A stretch of DNA of 64,000 bases from assembly GCA_963737635.1 (NCBI GenBank), contig CAVTTL010000001.1, positions 416,001-480,000 of the forward strand, in the 5' to 3' direction. Each line of letters opens with the position of its first letter. The first letter of the stretch is position 1. The notes beneath the pieces were generated by a model. That model did no database searches and was not told the origin of the DNA. It worked only from the letters and a program-made list of their open reading frames with translations. This document shows positions 51,320 through 62,705 of this stretch, one piece after another. This DNA is from an uncultured Methanoregulaceae archaeon. GTDB lineage: Archaea > Halobacteriota > Methanomicrobia > Methanomicrobiales > Methanospirillaceae. A program made the translations under genes and the position numbers.

Positions 51320-51794
51320 ATGGATCCGGATACTAATATTCCCCCGAAAACAGCCCTTTTTGTGCTGGGATGCCCGCAGGTGCCCGTACAGACAAGCATC
51401 GCGCTGTATCTGATAAGCCGGTGCAAAGCCGCTGGTATAACTCCGATTATCAGCCGGTAACAAAGCAGCAAACACGCTGCTTATCGTTGCAGATCCTGAC
51501 CGGCACTACCTTGGGGAAGTCATGGATCTTGACCGGGCTGTTGCCCAGATCACCGAGAAGAAGCGGGACTTCGACCGGTGCTTTGTCTTTATCCATAACG
51601 ATGCTGGGATCAGTTACGCCGCGACAATGGCGGTGATCTCCCGGGCACGCCTTTACGTCCTGATCTACGGCGAACACCAAGATGACCTCGCCGGCCAGAT
51701 TACATTTCCCTGCACGAAAATTGTGGCTAAAGCGGTTCACAACCCCCTGCCGCTGAAAAAAGCGATCGATGAGGTGGCGCCATGGGCTGCGTAG
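51320..51794 (+). CDS. DUF1890-like methanogen protein, frameshift near 51455
   Basis: LGCPQVPVQ in the 5' frame; DPDRHY, FIHNDAG, AVHNPLPL. Confidence 0.78.
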
Positions 51795-52063
51795 AAGCGC
51801 TTAACTACGAGATTCTTCTCCGGGATGCATCGTTTAAAGAGTGCCGGGAGTATATCAGGAGCCACTTTTCAGAATCAATCGATGTCGAGCCGGGATTCAA
51901 GATATTCGATGTCCATACTATTGGAGTGCCCCCGATTGCGGTTGGTCTTGAAGGGGATTATGTCATTTTCCCGTACACCAAGCCATGCCATGGGACATTT
52001 CTGCTCCGGGTGCAGGATGCAGAGGAAGCTGCGCGACTGCGGGCGTTAAAAAAAGTCCGGTAA
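51782..52063 (+). CDS. DUF1894-like methanogen protein
   Basis: IGVPPI, FPYTKPCHGTF. Confidence 0.8.
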   Translation: MGCVEALNYEILLRDASFKECREYIRSHFSESIDVEPGFKIFDVHTIGVPPIAVGLEGDYVIFPYTKPCHGTFLLRVQDAEEAARLRALKKVR

Positions 52064-52240
52064 CATTATATTGTAACGGTTGAATGTTACGACTCGGCGA
52101 AGATGAGTGACGAGGCGCCGACCGGGTTGTCCTCCCAGTAATTGGGTGCAGTATTCCAGCCTTTTTGGATCTGTATGACACCCTGTCACTGGGGAAAATA
52201 TATAGTACGCCCGTGAAGTATTACACGAGAGAGGAACGGC

Positions 52241-52630
52241 ATGGCAGGTAAAGGGAAAGTGCTCCTTGTTGACGATGAAGAGATTATTCTGGATGTTTCC
52301 CGCGAGGTGCTCCGGTTCCTTGGGTACGACGCTGCTTTTGTCAGAGAGGGGGCGGCTGCAATTAAGTTGTACGCACAGGAAAAAGAGGCGGGCATGCCGT
52401 TTGATCTCGTCATTATTGACCTTACTATCCCCGAGGGAATGGGGGGCCGGGAGACAATAGAAAAACTCCGGATCTACGATCCTTGTGTGAAAGCTGTCGT
52501 TTCGAGCGGGTATGCTAATGATCCGGTCATGCAGGATTTTACACGTTACGGCTTTTCCGGCAGGCTCACCAAACCTTACCGGATCAATGAGATGAAAACG
52601 CTCCTTGAAGAGATGATCCGGAAGAATTGA
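52241..52630 (+). CDS. Single-domain response regulator
   Basis: VDDE, IIDLTIP, SSGY, KPY. Confidence 0.9.
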   Translation: MAGKGKVLLVDDEEIILDVSREVLRFLGYDAAFVREGAAAIKLYAQEKEAGMPFDLVIIDLTIPEGMGGRETIEKLRIYDPCVKAVVSSGYANDPVMQDFTRYGFSGRLTKPYRINEMKTLLEEMIRKN

Positions 52631-52721
52631 TACTTTAAAATATAGTTTTTATCCGAAGATCGTCATCATCCCAACATATATACCATCCCCGGAAACATCA
52701 GAGATGTTGAGGGACTATTCT

Positions 52722-54380
52722 ATGAAAGAAATATCCGTGATCGTAGGCGGCAGAGCCGGTGACGGGATTACCAATGCCGGGGCAATCGTCGCCCAGCTCT
52801 TCAACCATCTCGGCTACTATGTCTATACTTATACTGATTACCCCTCGCTCATCAGAGGGGGGCATAATTTTGCCCTTATCCGTGCGGCAGATATGCCTAT
52901 CGGCGCATATAACAACCGGATTGACTACCTTATTGCACTCAACCAGGAGACCGCCACCCTGCATCTCCAAAACTGCCCGGACTGTACTGTGGTGGCAAAT
53001 GCCGATCTGGTAAAATCGCTGCAAAGCGGCCAGACCATCTCAATCAATACTATTCTCAAGGAAGAATCGGCCCCGCCCATCATGGGGAACTCGGCGATGA
53101 TCGGCGCCTTTGCAAAATCGGCAGGGATTCCTTGGGATATTGTCGGCGAGGTATTCCGCCGCCATATGCCAAAGGCGGCAGACGAAAATATCCGGGTTGC
53201 CAAGCGGGCGTACCGACCAGATCCAGACTATCCGGACGGTGTCAGCGATTCCCGGCGGAACACATAGCATGCTCTCTGGCAACGAGGCGATAGGTCTTGG
53301 GCTGGTCGCCGGCGGCCTTACGACGTATATTTCCTACCCGATGACACCGTCCTCGTCGCTTCTCCACTACCTTCCGGGAATGCCGAACGGCTGGGGATCA
53401 CGGTTATCCACCCGGAGAACGAGATCGGGGTCATCCTTATGGCCCTTGGTTGCGCCGCCGCCGGGAGAAAGACCGCAGTCGGCACATCGGGAGGTGGGTT
53501 CTGCCTGATGAACGAAGGGCTTTCGTTTGCCGGTATTGCCGAATTCCCGCTAGTACTCGTGGTCTCCCAGAGAACCGGTCCTTCGACCGGTCTCCCGACG
53601 TACACTGGCCAGGCGGATCTTCAGTTCGTGCTGCATGCCGGGCAGGGAGAGTTTCCCCGGCTCGTCACAGCACCCGCGGATCCCGGTGAAGCGTACATCT
53701 GGTCTGCGGCGGCAATCTGTCTTGCGTGGAAATACCAGATCCCGGCATTTGTGCTCGCCGACAAAACCCTCTCTGAAGGTATCTACAGCGTCGATTACGA
53801 CAAACTCGTAAGTTTGCCGGCCCCGGAGCCAGTACTCTGGAACGGCGACGGCATCTACCAGCGGTACCGCGACACCCCGTCCGGTATCTCGCCTCTTGCC
53901 TTCCCAGGCAGGAAAGATGCGATCGTCAAGATGAATAGCTACGCCCATGACGAAGATGGTATCACAACTGAAGAGGCCGGGCTGGTCACCCAGATGGCAG
54001 ATAAGCGCCGGAAAAAGGAGACGAGTCTTAGGGATGAACTGAACCGGTACCCGTGTGTCAGCATCCGGGGCATAGCCGATGCTCCCACCGCACTTCTCTG
54101 TTGGGGATCGGTCCGGAATGCGTGCGACGAAGTCGCGGCAAAGTTAAGGCTCCGGGTCATTCAGCCGGTAGTGCTTTCGCCCTTCCCGGACCAGCAGTTC
54201 TCTGTCGCGTGCCAAGGTGTAGAGCAGCTGATTGCGGTTGAGGAAAATGCCACCGGCCAGCTCGCGGCGCTCGCACGCGAGCATGGTGTGGTTGCCAAGA
54301 AGATAGTGCTCAAGTATGACGGTCGCCCCTTCACACCGGACGAACTGCTCACAAAAGTACAGGAGGTGATGGCTCCATGA
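52722..54380 (+). CDS. korA: 2-oxoacid:ferredoxin oxidoreductase alpha subunit (gamma-alpha fusion), frameshifts near 53210 and 53372
   Basis: GGRAGDG, YPSLIRGGHN, GNEA, YPMTPSS, TSGGGF, QRTGPSTGLPT, EENATGQ. Confidence 0.88.
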
Positions 54381-55225
54381 CCCGGAACCTCATTACTCCT
54401 GCGCAGAACACGTGGTGTCCCGGCTGCGGCAACTTCGCTCTCCAGCATACGATCAAGGATGTCCTCGCCGGCCTTGAAAAAGATGGCAAGTCTCTGGATG
54501 ACGTGGTGCTCGTCTCGGGCATCGGGTGCCATGCGAAGATCGCCGATTATCTTAACATCAACAGCGTGTACACCCTACACGGGAGAACCCTCCCGGTGGC
54601 GACGGGAATCAAACTCGCGAACCCCACGCTGACTGTCATCTGCTGCGCGGGTGACGGCGACGCGTATGCCGAGGGACTCGATCACCTGATCTTTGCCGCG
54701 AAGAGGAATGTTGATATCACGATGATCGTCCATAACAACAGGGTGTACGGCCTCACCACCGGCCAGTATACCCCCACGTCACCGCTCGGGTTCCGGGGAA
54801 AATCCACACCTGGAGGGACCACCGAATATCCGTTCAATCCCCTGGAACTGATGCTCGCAAGCGGAGCGACCTATATTGCCAGAGGCTACACCAAAAAGAT
54901 ACCGCAGTTGGCACAGCTGATCCGGCAAGGGATCGCGCACCGGGGTTTTGCCTTTCTTGATGTCCTGCAGATCTGCGCGAGTTTCTTTGACATGACCGAT
55001 TACTACACGCAGAAGGTCTACGATATTACAGGCCACGATACTCACGATTTTACCATGGCATGTGCGAAAGCGCGGGAATGGGACTATAACAAGGATGCGC
55101 CCATAGGCCTCGGTGTCTTTTACGAGCAGACCTTCCCCACTTTTGGCGACCGTAACCCTGCCCGGGATCTTCCCGCGGATGAACGCACACGCCGGATCCG
55201 TGACCTTTTTGAGGCATCAAAGTGA
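54377..55225 (+). CDS. korB: 2-oxoacid:ferredoxin oxidoreductase beta subunit
   Basis: WCPGCGN, SGIGC, HGR, GDGD, YGLTTGQ. Confidence 0.92.
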   Translation: MTRNLITPAQNTWCPGCGNFALQHTIKDVLAGLEKDGKSLDDVVLVSGIGCHAKIADYLNINSVYTLHGRTLPVATGIKLANPTLTVICCAGDGDAYAEGLDHLIFAAKRNVDITMIVHNNRVYGLTTGQYTPTSPLGFRGKSTPGGTTEYPFNPLELMLASGATYIARGYTKKIPQLAQLIRQGIAHRGFAFLDVLQICASFFDMTDYYTQKVYDITGHDTHDFTMACAKAREWDYNKDAPIGLGVFYEQTFPTFGDRNPARDLPADERTRRIRDLFEASK

Positions 55226-55252
55226 CGATTATCCCGGCACGGTACCAGTCAG

Positions 55253-56128
55253 GTGTCCAGCGAAACGCCGGACTCGTACTACGGGACGGGAATGATGGGC
55301 GAAACCGGAAAGAACGGCGCGGAGGAATCCCGGCAGGATAACCGGCATCCTCTTTTGGTGACCTTGGTTTTTATTCCGCTCGTCATCGTAGTCATCTGGC
55401 TCGTAGAGAATTTTCTGCTTGACGTGAATACCCGCCTTTTTTCCGAAATACGTTTTCCGGAACTAGTATTGTACACCGTCCTTTCCTGCATCCTTATGGG
55501 CATTATAGTACCCATTATACGTATTCGGCCAGCGTTCCTTTCAGGGGCAGTCAATATGTTCCAGATCGGATTCCGGTCAGCGCGCCGGACAGCAGCCGCT
55601 GTCAGCCTCACCTTCATCGGTGTATATATCATCTTTGTCTCAACCGGTGTTTTAGGAGAGAGTATTGGCCGGACAGAAGCGGGGGCGCTCTTTCTCCTCC
55701 TTCTCCCGACTGCCATCGCAGCGGTAATGATCTGCTGGGCGTTGGTCGGAACCCATATCCAGGCTTATGTCCGCGGCGAGGGAATAGTGATCTCCATCTT
55801 TGCCGGAACTCTGGTAACGGCACTTATCTTCGCCTTTTCCTTGTCGATCCTCTTTGCGGGTCCGGATTTTCGGGAGATATTTTTTGGTCTTTTTATAGCA
55901 GGCGGTATATCTGCACTCTTTTTCCTGGCGGTCCGTGACATCTATGCGACCACAGTCGTTGTCACGTCCTGTCTCATGGTCCTGGTGAATTCCCGCATCG
56001 ATCCGGGATACCTCTCCCCGTTCAGCCCCGTCGTCGCCCTCTGCGGGATTCTCACCACCGCCGTAATGGCAGGAGTCCACCTGCATTTTTCCCGGCATTA
56101 CACGACAGTTATGCTGCCGGGAAAATAG
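55253..56128 (+). CDS. Multi-pass membrane hypothetical protein
   Basis: About 8 hydrophobic segments. Confidence 0.7.
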   Translation: MSSETPDSYYGTGMMGETGKNGAEESRQDNRHPLLVTLVFIPLVIVVIWLVENFLLDVNTRLFSEIRFPELVLYTVLSCILMGIIVPIIRIRPAFLSGAVNMFQIGFRSARRTAAAVSLTFIGVYIIFVSTGVLGESIGRTEAGALFLLLLPTAIAAVMICWALVGTHIQAYVRGEGIVISIFAGTLVTALIFAFSLSILFAGPDFREIFFGLFIAGGISALFFLAVRDIYATTVVVTSCLMVLVNSRIDPGYLSPFSPVVALCGILTTAVMAGVHLHFSRHYTTVMLPGK

Positions 56129-56267
56129 CCGGGTTTTTGCCGGGTAGATCAGCCGGGATCACCCGATAAAACGCTAAAAAGAGCCTTATGAGAAATTCGG
56201 CCTGCCGAATGTATGGGATTTTTTCCAAAACCAAATTTTTATCCGTCTGCATGCAGAACGCTATGCT

Positions 56268-57233
56268 ATGACCGCAAAATCCTCATACGTCCTTCTGTTA
56301 GGCCTGATCCTTATCGTCTGCGTGTTTCTCGCCGGCTGCTCAAGCCAAAGCTCAACCACGACGACCTCTAAAATCACCACCCAGCCTGCGCCAAAATACA
56401 CGGCGGGTGACATTGTTTCGAATAATGCATCATCCACATTCTGGCTGATTCTATCGTACGACTCTGGCTCGGATCTGTATACCCGTGCACAGGTCGAGAA
56501 AAACCCGGATGGTTCCTATAACCAGATAACAGGAGTGCAGGATAGTTTCCCGCGCATGGATATGGAGAATTTATATCCGGTCTTCATCACACAGGTTTCC
56601 GTGGCATCAGTCCCGGTCGCGACTACGACCATACCTACTACGGTGATAACAACCCTCTCGGGGAGTGGCCCCCTTGTAACCGCAGTGTCTCCGAGCACAG
56701 GGGCAACTGGAACCAGCGTTTCCCTCACAATCACCGGGACCAATTTCCTAAGTGGAGCAACGGTGCAGCTCGTCCAGGCAGGCCTTCAGCCTATCGCCGC
56801 ATCGAGTGTTTCGGTGACCTCCGCCCAGATTACCTGTTCTGTCAATCTGGGCAGCCTTACTGCAGGCCCAGCATATGTTCAGGTCATTAATCCTGATGGC
56901 AGATCAGCCATGAGCTCATTTACGGTAGGCGAGCCGACACCGGTTATCAGTAGTATCAGTCCCACCAGCGGATACCAGGGTAGTTCTTACACCCTTACGG
57001 TCTATGGGCAGACCCTGACTGACGTGCAATTGGTGACGCTGCTTTCAGCAGACGGCACGGACTCAATTTCGTGTACGAGTCCATCACCATCAGCCACCTC
57101 AACCAGCTGTACTCTTGCAATACCCTCTACCGCGGAATTCGGTCTCTACAGTGTCTCGGCCCTGTCATCGGATGGCACAAACGGTACGCTGAGTTCTGCC
57201 TTTACGGTCGAGAACGCCACAACCTCTACATAA
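56268..57233 (+). CDS. Lipoprotein with two IPT/TIG-like Ig domains
   Basis: LAGC lipobox, PKYTAGDIV, P.VTAVSP..G...TITGTNF repeats. Confidence 0.8.
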   Translation: MTAKSSYVLLLGLILIVCVFLAGCSSQSSTTTTSKITTQPAPKYTAGDIVSNNASSTFWLILSYDSGSDLYTRAQVEKNPDGSYNQITGVQDSFPRMDMENLYPVFITQVSVASVPVATTTIPTTVITTLSGSGPLVTAVSPSTGATGTSVSLTITGTNFLSGATVQLVQAGLQPIAASSVSVTSAQITCSVNLGSLTAGPAYVQVINPDGRSAMSSFTVGEPTPVISSISPTSGYQGSSYTLTVYGQTLTDVQLVTLLSADGTDSISCTSPSPSATSTSCTLAIPSTAEFGLYSVSALSSDGTNGTLSSAFTVENATTST

Positions 57234-57352
57234 TTTTTTTCTGACGAGGCCAATGCCGGGATTCCCACATCCGCACTTATGGACGGAATTCAAACATCCC
57301 CGAAAAATTGGCAACCTTTATAGTCCGCCCGGAAATAGTATACCCACGTAAC

Positions 57353-57862
57353 ATGAAGTCCGAGAGTCATACCGGCAGGCTAATTGCATCTCTGGTTGCC
57401 TGCCTTATTCCCGGATATGTGGTTCTATATTTCTTCACCACATCTATTCCCGGGTGGTACTCCACCCTGAAAAAACCAGATTTTGTTCCCACGGACATTA
57501 TTGTCTTTTATGGGATCATCCTCATCTTTTGTTTTCTGGGCCTTTCATTGTATTATATCTGGAATGCAGGTCTTAATCATGCCGAGGTCAAGGCAGCATT
57601 TCTGCTCTTCCTGTTTACCATCTCATTATTTTTCCTCTGGTTTGTGGCGTTCTTTTACCTGGAGGCGGTTTTTTTCGCGTTCGTTATAATAGTGATGGTC
57701 AACGCCGTGATGCTCTGCACGATTGCCCAGACCCTGCGATCTGCGGTAAAACCCGTCTTCTTTCTGGTACCCTGTCTGATAATAATGCTGATTATCTGCT
57801 ACGCTAACCTGCTGATCGTTCAGCTGAATGCCGGTCTTCTTATGTGGGGAATTTTCCCTTAG
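57353..57862 (+). CDS. TspO/MBR-family membrane protein
   Basis: WYSTLKKPDFVP, W...FF, five TM helices. Confidence 0.78.
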   Translation: MKSESHTGRLIASLVACLIPGYVVLYFFTTSIPGWYSTLKKPDFVPTDIIVFYGIILIFCFLGLSLYYIWNAGLNHAEVKAAFLLFLFTISLFFLWFVAFFYLEAVFFAFVIIVMVNAVMLCTIAQTLRSAVKPVFFLVPCLIIMLIICYANLLIVQLNAGLLMWGIFP

Positions 57863-57934
57863 AAATACTCTCATTGCTATTGTGTAAGCACTATCGAAAC
57901 GGTTATTCCCTACGGCACTCCACATGTGGTCGTT

Positions 57935-59119
57935 ATGGTGTCCCGTGAACTTATTTCAGGAGTATACTGGGTCGGGGCGTTTGATTTTGACCGGCGGATC
58001 TTTGATGAACTGATCCCGCTGCCGGAAGGTACGAGTTACAACTCGTATCTCGTACAGGGCAGCGAAAAAACCGCCCTTATCGATACGGTCGATCCTTCTA
58101 AGGAATATGACCTCATCTCGAACCTTGTAAAACTGGGTATCGAAACTATCGATTATATCGTGATCAATCACGCCGAGCAGGATCACTCCGGTGCCCTCCC
58201 GATGATCCTGGAGTTCTACCCGGATGCGAAGGTAGTTACGAATGCAAAGTGCCGGGATCTTCTTGTCGCCTTGCTGCATATCCCCCAGGAACGCTTCTCG
58301 GTGATCGCGGATGGGGATACCCTGTCACTCGGGAACCGGACCTTCCGGTTTTTCCTCACACCCTGGACACACTGGCCTGAAACCCAGATCACGTTCCTTG
58401 AGGAGGATAAGATCCTCTTTCCCTGCGATCTCTTCGGTTTCCACGCCGCTACGAGCGAACTGTTCATACATGACGAAGCCTGGGCCTACCGGTCAGCGAA
58501 GCGGTATTATGCCGAGATCATGATGCCGTTTCACGGCAGTATCAAAGGCTATGTTGAGAAAGTCAGGGAGCTCTCCCCGGTGATGATCGCACCAAGCCAC
58601 GGACCGGTCAACAGGAACCCGCAGTTCATTCTTGACGCGTATGCTGACTGGGTATCGGATACGGTCAAAAACGAGGTGGTTATCCCCTATGTCTCGATGC
58701 ACGGCAGCACCGCAAAGATGGTGGATCACCTCACCGGAGCGCTTATCGCCCGGGGGATTACGGTCCGGCCATTTAACCTTACCCGGACTGATATCGGCGA
58801 ACTGGCGCTCGCTTTGGTGGACGCGGCAACGATCGTGATCGCTACACCCACCGTCCTTTTTGGTCCCCACCCGTCGGTCGTATCGGCGACGTACCTCGCA
58901 AACGCCTTGCGGCCCAAGACCCGGTTTGCCTCCGTGATATGCTCTTATGGATGGGGAGGCAAGACCACCGATACGATCACAAAGATGCTCGACCATGTCA
59001 AAGTCGAACTCATCCCCCCGGTGATGGTTCTTGGTGAACCCGGCGAAGCGACCATGCAGGACCTTGACCGGCTGGCAGATGAAATCTTAAAGAAGCATAA
59101 AGAAATTAACATCGTATAA
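57935..59119 (+). CDS. fprA: Flavodiiron protein (FprA family)
   Basis: GTSYNSYL, HAEQDHSG, HWPE, PSHG, SMHGST, SYGWGG. Confidence 0.93.
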   Translation: MVSRELISGVYWVGAFDFDRRIFDELIPLPEGTSYNSYLVQGSEKTALIDTVDPSKEYDLISNLVKLGIETIDYIVINHAEQDHSGALPMILEFYPDAKVVTNAKCRDLLVALLHIPQERFSVIADGDTLSLGNRTFRFFLTPWTHWPETQITFLEEDKILFPCDLFGFHAATSELFIHDEAWAYRSAKRYYAEIMMPFHGSIKGYVEKVRELSPVMIAPSHGPVNRNPQFILDAYADWVSDTVKNEVVIPYVSMHGSTAKMVDHLTGALIARGITVRPFNLTRTDIGELALALVDAATIVIATPTVLFGPHPSVVSATYLANALRPKTRFASVICSYGWGGKTTDTITKMLDHVKVELIPPVMVLGEPGEATMQDLDRLADEILKKHKEINIV

Positions 59120-59136
59120 GGAAAGGAGAAGTAACT

Positions 59137-59517
59137 ATGACGAAACTCTTCGAGGTTTATAAGTGCGAAGTCTGCGGAAACATCGTGATGGTTATCGGCG
59201 CATCCGGCGGCACGACATCGTGCTGCGGGAAACCGATGGTTCTCCAGCAGGAAAAGACTGCCGACCAAGGTAAGGAGAAACATGTACCCGTCATCGAAAA
59301 GACCCCGGGGGGAATCATCGTCAAGGTCGGCTCCATTCCCCACCCGATGGAAGCGGCACATTACATCCAGTGGATAGAGGTCCGTTCCGGCGACAATACG
59401 TATTTCAAGTGGCTCCGGCCCGGGGAAAAGCCCGAAGCCGAGTTCCCGATAAACGATACCAATGTAAAAGCACGAGAATACTGTAGTGTCCACGGTCTCT
59501 GGACCAATAAAATATAA
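59137..59517 (+). CDS. dfx: Desulfoferrodoxin (2Fe superoxide reductase)
   Basis: CEVCGN, CCG, EKHVP, HPM..HYI, CSVHGLW. Confidence 0.95.
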   Translation: MTKLFEVYKCEVCGNIVMVIGASGGTTSCCGKPMVLQQEKTADQGKEKHVPVIEKTPGGIIVKVGSIPHPMEAAHYIQWIEVRSGDNTYFKWLRPGEKPEAEFPINDTNVKAREYCSVHGLWTNKI

Positions 59518-59525
59518 CACAGCCG

Positions 59526-59545
59526 CTTTTTTTTTACGGTTTTTC
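59526..59545 (+). terminator. Oligo-T archaeal terminator candidate
   Basis: Long T runs immediately after the dfx stop. Confidence 0.45.
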
Positions 59546-59650
59546 TCAGGTGTACCGTTCCTGTATTCCGTAAAAATGTGAGCCGAAAAACAAATCCACT
59601 TTTGTTAACATCAGGAGATCTAATATAAACTGCAGGCTCATAGTACGGTA

Positions 59651-60463
59651 ATGAAACAGATCGCCCTGTACGGGAAAGGTGGTATCGGAAAGTCCACAAC
59701 GTCGGCAAACCTCTCCGCCGCCCTCTCTCTTGCAGGGTACGATATCCTCCAGATAGGATGCGACCCCAAGCGCGACAGCACCCGGATGCTAATGCAGGGA
59801 AAGCTCATCCCCACGGTGATGGACCTAGTTCGCGAGCGGGGTACCGCATCGGTGACACCTGCTGACGTTGTCTACTCCGGCTTTAACGGCGTTCGCTGTG
59901 TTGAAGCCGGGGGACCTGAACCCGGTGTCGGCTGTGCCGGCAGGGGGATCATAGCCACGTTCCAGCTGCTGGAAAAGTTTGGAACGCTCACGGGCGACGT
60001 GATTGTCTACGACGTACTAGGCGACGTGGTCTGCGGCGGATTTGCCATGCCGATGCGGGAGGGCTATGCGCAGGAAGTTTACCTTGTTACCTCCGGGGAA
60101 TTGATGTCTCTTTACGCAGCCAATAACATCTGCAAAGCGATCCAGCGCCTGAGCGCCCGGCCAAAGAGCAGATGCCGGCTTGCCGGTGTTATCTGTAACG
60201 CCAAGAACCAGCCACGGGAAGAGGATCTCGTGGCCGAATTTGCCCGCCGGGTCAACAGCCATCTTATCCAGTTCATTCCCCGGGATCGCTCGGTGCAGCT
60301 TGCCGAGCTGAACCGCAGAACGGTGATCGAGTACGAGCCTGGCTCAGCTCAAGCCAAGGTATACCGCGACCTTGCCGCCCGGGTTATGGAGAATACCCGA
60401 CTTACCATTCCTACCCCTCTTGAGATTGATGAACTTGAGGCCCTTGCCATCGAATTTATGTAG
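59651..60463 (+). CDS. NifH-like Fe protein (nitrogenase-like group IV)
   Basis: [36 protein letters not shown]. Confidence 0.92.
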   Translation: MKQIALYGKGGIGKSTTSANLSAALSLAGYDILQIGCDPKRDSTRMLMQGKLIPTVMDLVRERGTASVTPADVVYSGFNGVRCVEAGGPEPGVGCAGRGIIATFQLLEKFGTLTGDVIVYDVLGDVVCGGFAMPMREGYAQEVYLVTSGELMSLYAANNICKAIQRLSARPKSRCRLAGVICNAKNQPREEDLVAEFARRVNSHLIQFIPRDRSVQLAELNRRTVIEYEPGSAQAKVYRDLAARVMENTRLTIPTPLEIDELEALAIEFM

Positions 60464-61469
60464 GTCTGCTGGCTGTACTCTCACGGGCGCGTTGTCTGTC
60501 ACAACCCACGTCCGTGACGCAATCACGGTCGTGCACGGGCCTGCAGGATGCACGCATCACAATTTTTCCCTCCTGCATGCCACGAGCCTCGACAACGATC
60601 GTATTACTCTCCCCCCCCTCGTTTCGACCGGGCTCTCAGAGATCGAGGTGATCTTCGGCGGCGAGGGTACCCTCGACCGGACACTTGATCAGGTAATCGC
60701 ACGCGAACCCGGGGCTGTTTTTGTTCTCTCAACCTGTATCGTGGAGACCATCGGCGACGACGTCGGGATGATCTGCGACACAAAGACTGGGATACCGGTC
60801 ATCGTGGTACCTACCGCAGGTTTTCTTGGCGGGTCATTCCAGACCGGCGTTAATAATGCACTTGTCTCCCTTGCTGGGATGGCAGAGCCGGCAAAGGGGA
60901 ACGGGCTGGTGAACATTATCGGCGAGAAGAACCTTGAATATGAGGTCGACGAAAACTTCGCCGAGGTCTCCCGGCTGCTTGCTCTGCTTGGCCTCTCCGT
61001 AAATATCCGGTTCATCCATGACCTCACGACCGGGCAGATCGCTTCACTGGGGGCTGCCCGGCTCAATATACTCCGCGATCCTTCGCTTATACCCGTTGGG
61101 GAATACCTTAAAGAGCGTTTCAAAACGCCCTATATCCCTGCCTACCCGGTGGGGATCTCCGGCACCATCCCCTTCCTCGAATCTGTTGCCGGTGCGTGCG
61201 GTATCGACCCCTGCCATGCAGTGGATGATGAACGTGCGCTCCACCAGGAGATATTCGAAGATTTTGCAGATATTGCCGGATCAGGGATTTCTTTTTCATC
61301 GTCCCACCCCGATCCGGAAGGGAACCGGGTGGCGCAGGATATAGCACTGGCCCTCAGGCTCGATATCACCCCTTCAGGGCGCCCGATGCCGGCACCAGTG
61401 ACACTGCCAATTGGCAGCGCCGGCGTGCGGCGGATGCTCCACCGGTGGAGGAGAGTTCTCCATGCTTGA
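60429..61469 (+). CDS. Short nitrogenase component-1-like subunit (D-like)
   Basis: [24 protein letters not shown]; start overlaps the H gene. Confidence 0.85.
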   Translation: MNLRPLPSNLCRSAGCTLTGALSVTTHVRDAITVVHGPAGCTHHNFSLLHATSLDNDRITLPPLVSTGLSEIEVIFGGEGTLDRTLDQVIAREPGAVFVLSTCIVETIGDDVGMICDTKTGIPVIVVPTAGFLGGSFQTGVNNALVSLAGMAEPAKGNGLVNIIGEKNLEYEVDENFAEVSRLLALLGLSVNIRFIHDLTTGQIASLGAARLNILRDPSLIPVGEYLKERFKTPYIPAYPVGISGTIPFLESVAGACGIDPCHAVDDERALHQEIFEDFADIAGSGISFSSSHPDPEGNRVAQDIALALRLDITPSGRPMPAPVTLPIGSAGVRRMLHRWRRVLHA

Positions 61470-62593
61470 CTGCAGGACACCGCTGTGGCCCTGTGCTATG
61501 ACTGGTGCTGCGGCATGCCTTGCCGGATTTAAAGGGATTACAGTCGTCATCCACGGTTCCAGCGGATGCTATTATTACCCGGCAACCCTTCTTCATGCCC
61601 CCCTGCACGGCACCTTCATTCTTGAAAACGAAGTGGTATTCGGGTCAGGAGATCGGCTTCGCAAAGTAATCGGTGAGTCTGTCCGGCAAAGGAAACAGAA
61701 TAGCGGTCATCACTACCTGCGTCCCGTCACTCCTTGGCGAAGATATAAAATCAATGCTCGACGAAAACGACGTCATTTTAGTCGACAGCCCGGGATTTGC
61801 CGGGGATCTGGAGACCGGGTACCAGGCGGCACTTGCTTCGCTTTCCCCGGCTGCAGACCCGGGCGGCCCGGCGTGAATATCGACGGTGTCTCCCTTTCGG
61901 ACCCGTTTTACGAGGGGAACCTGGAGGAAATTTCCCGGATCCTGCACCGCGCCGGGATTCCTGTAGGGACGGTTTTTTGCCGAGACTTATCCGCAATGGC
62001 GGAACACGCATCGCCACTGACCATCGGTACTAATGAGGATTTTGGATCCGGTGTCGGAAAATATGTTGGTGGAACCTTGGGGATACCTGTTCTCCGCGCG
62101 ACCTGCGAAAGGCTTTCTGCAGTCTACGAAGATGCAGATATGAACCCTGTTTTTACCGAACTTGATCTCGAGGAGGAACGGGTGATCCACATCTGTGACA
62201 AGTTCCTCCGCCGCTACGATCCTCCCGGAGTTGCAGTCTTTGCCGGTGCTTCGTACGCGTTCTTTGCTGCCGATACCCTGAAGCGCTATCTTGATGCCCA
62301 GATTCTTGTTGTTGGCACACGTAACGACCCTCCTGAGCAACCCGGTACACGGTACAGAGTGGAAAAAATTATGGGACTGGAGGAGATTGATACCACGATC
62401 AGGAAAATGAACCCGGATCTCGTGATAGGATCATCGTTCGAACGATCGTTGTGTGTCGATCGGGCCTTTGTGGGGATAATCCCGCCGCTTCGCGGAAGGG
62501 TAAGACTTGCACACACCCCGCTTGCCGGGTACTAGCGGCACACTCCATTTTATCGAAGAATCCTTGAACGCCTGCATGGACAAAAAGGATTAG
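61462..62593 (+). CDS. Short nitrogenase component-1-like subunit (K-like), frameshifts near 61678, 61865 and 62528
   Basis: PCAMTGA, HGSSGC, TTCVPSLLGED (alternate frame), PDLVIGSSFE. Confidence 0.8.
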
Positions 62594-62705
62594 GTACTGG
62601 ATAGGGACGACTTTCCTCATTTACCTTTCACTTTCACTCCGCGCACGGCTCCGGGTTATATACCGGTCGACAAAGATGCACTATCACGACAGAAGGTGGT
62701 CGTGT

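Noticed and set aside
52070-52190. Run of small hairpins with GATGA/CCGA words (possible C/D or H/ACA sRNA)
   Set aside because: The boxes are incomplete and the stems are only 4-6 bp, which is not distinguishable from chance without conservation data.
59651-61469. Calling these genes cfbC/cfbD or nifH/nifD
   Set aside because: There are two distinct short subunits, no CfbD HPRP motif, and no FeMoco ligands or nif accessory genes.
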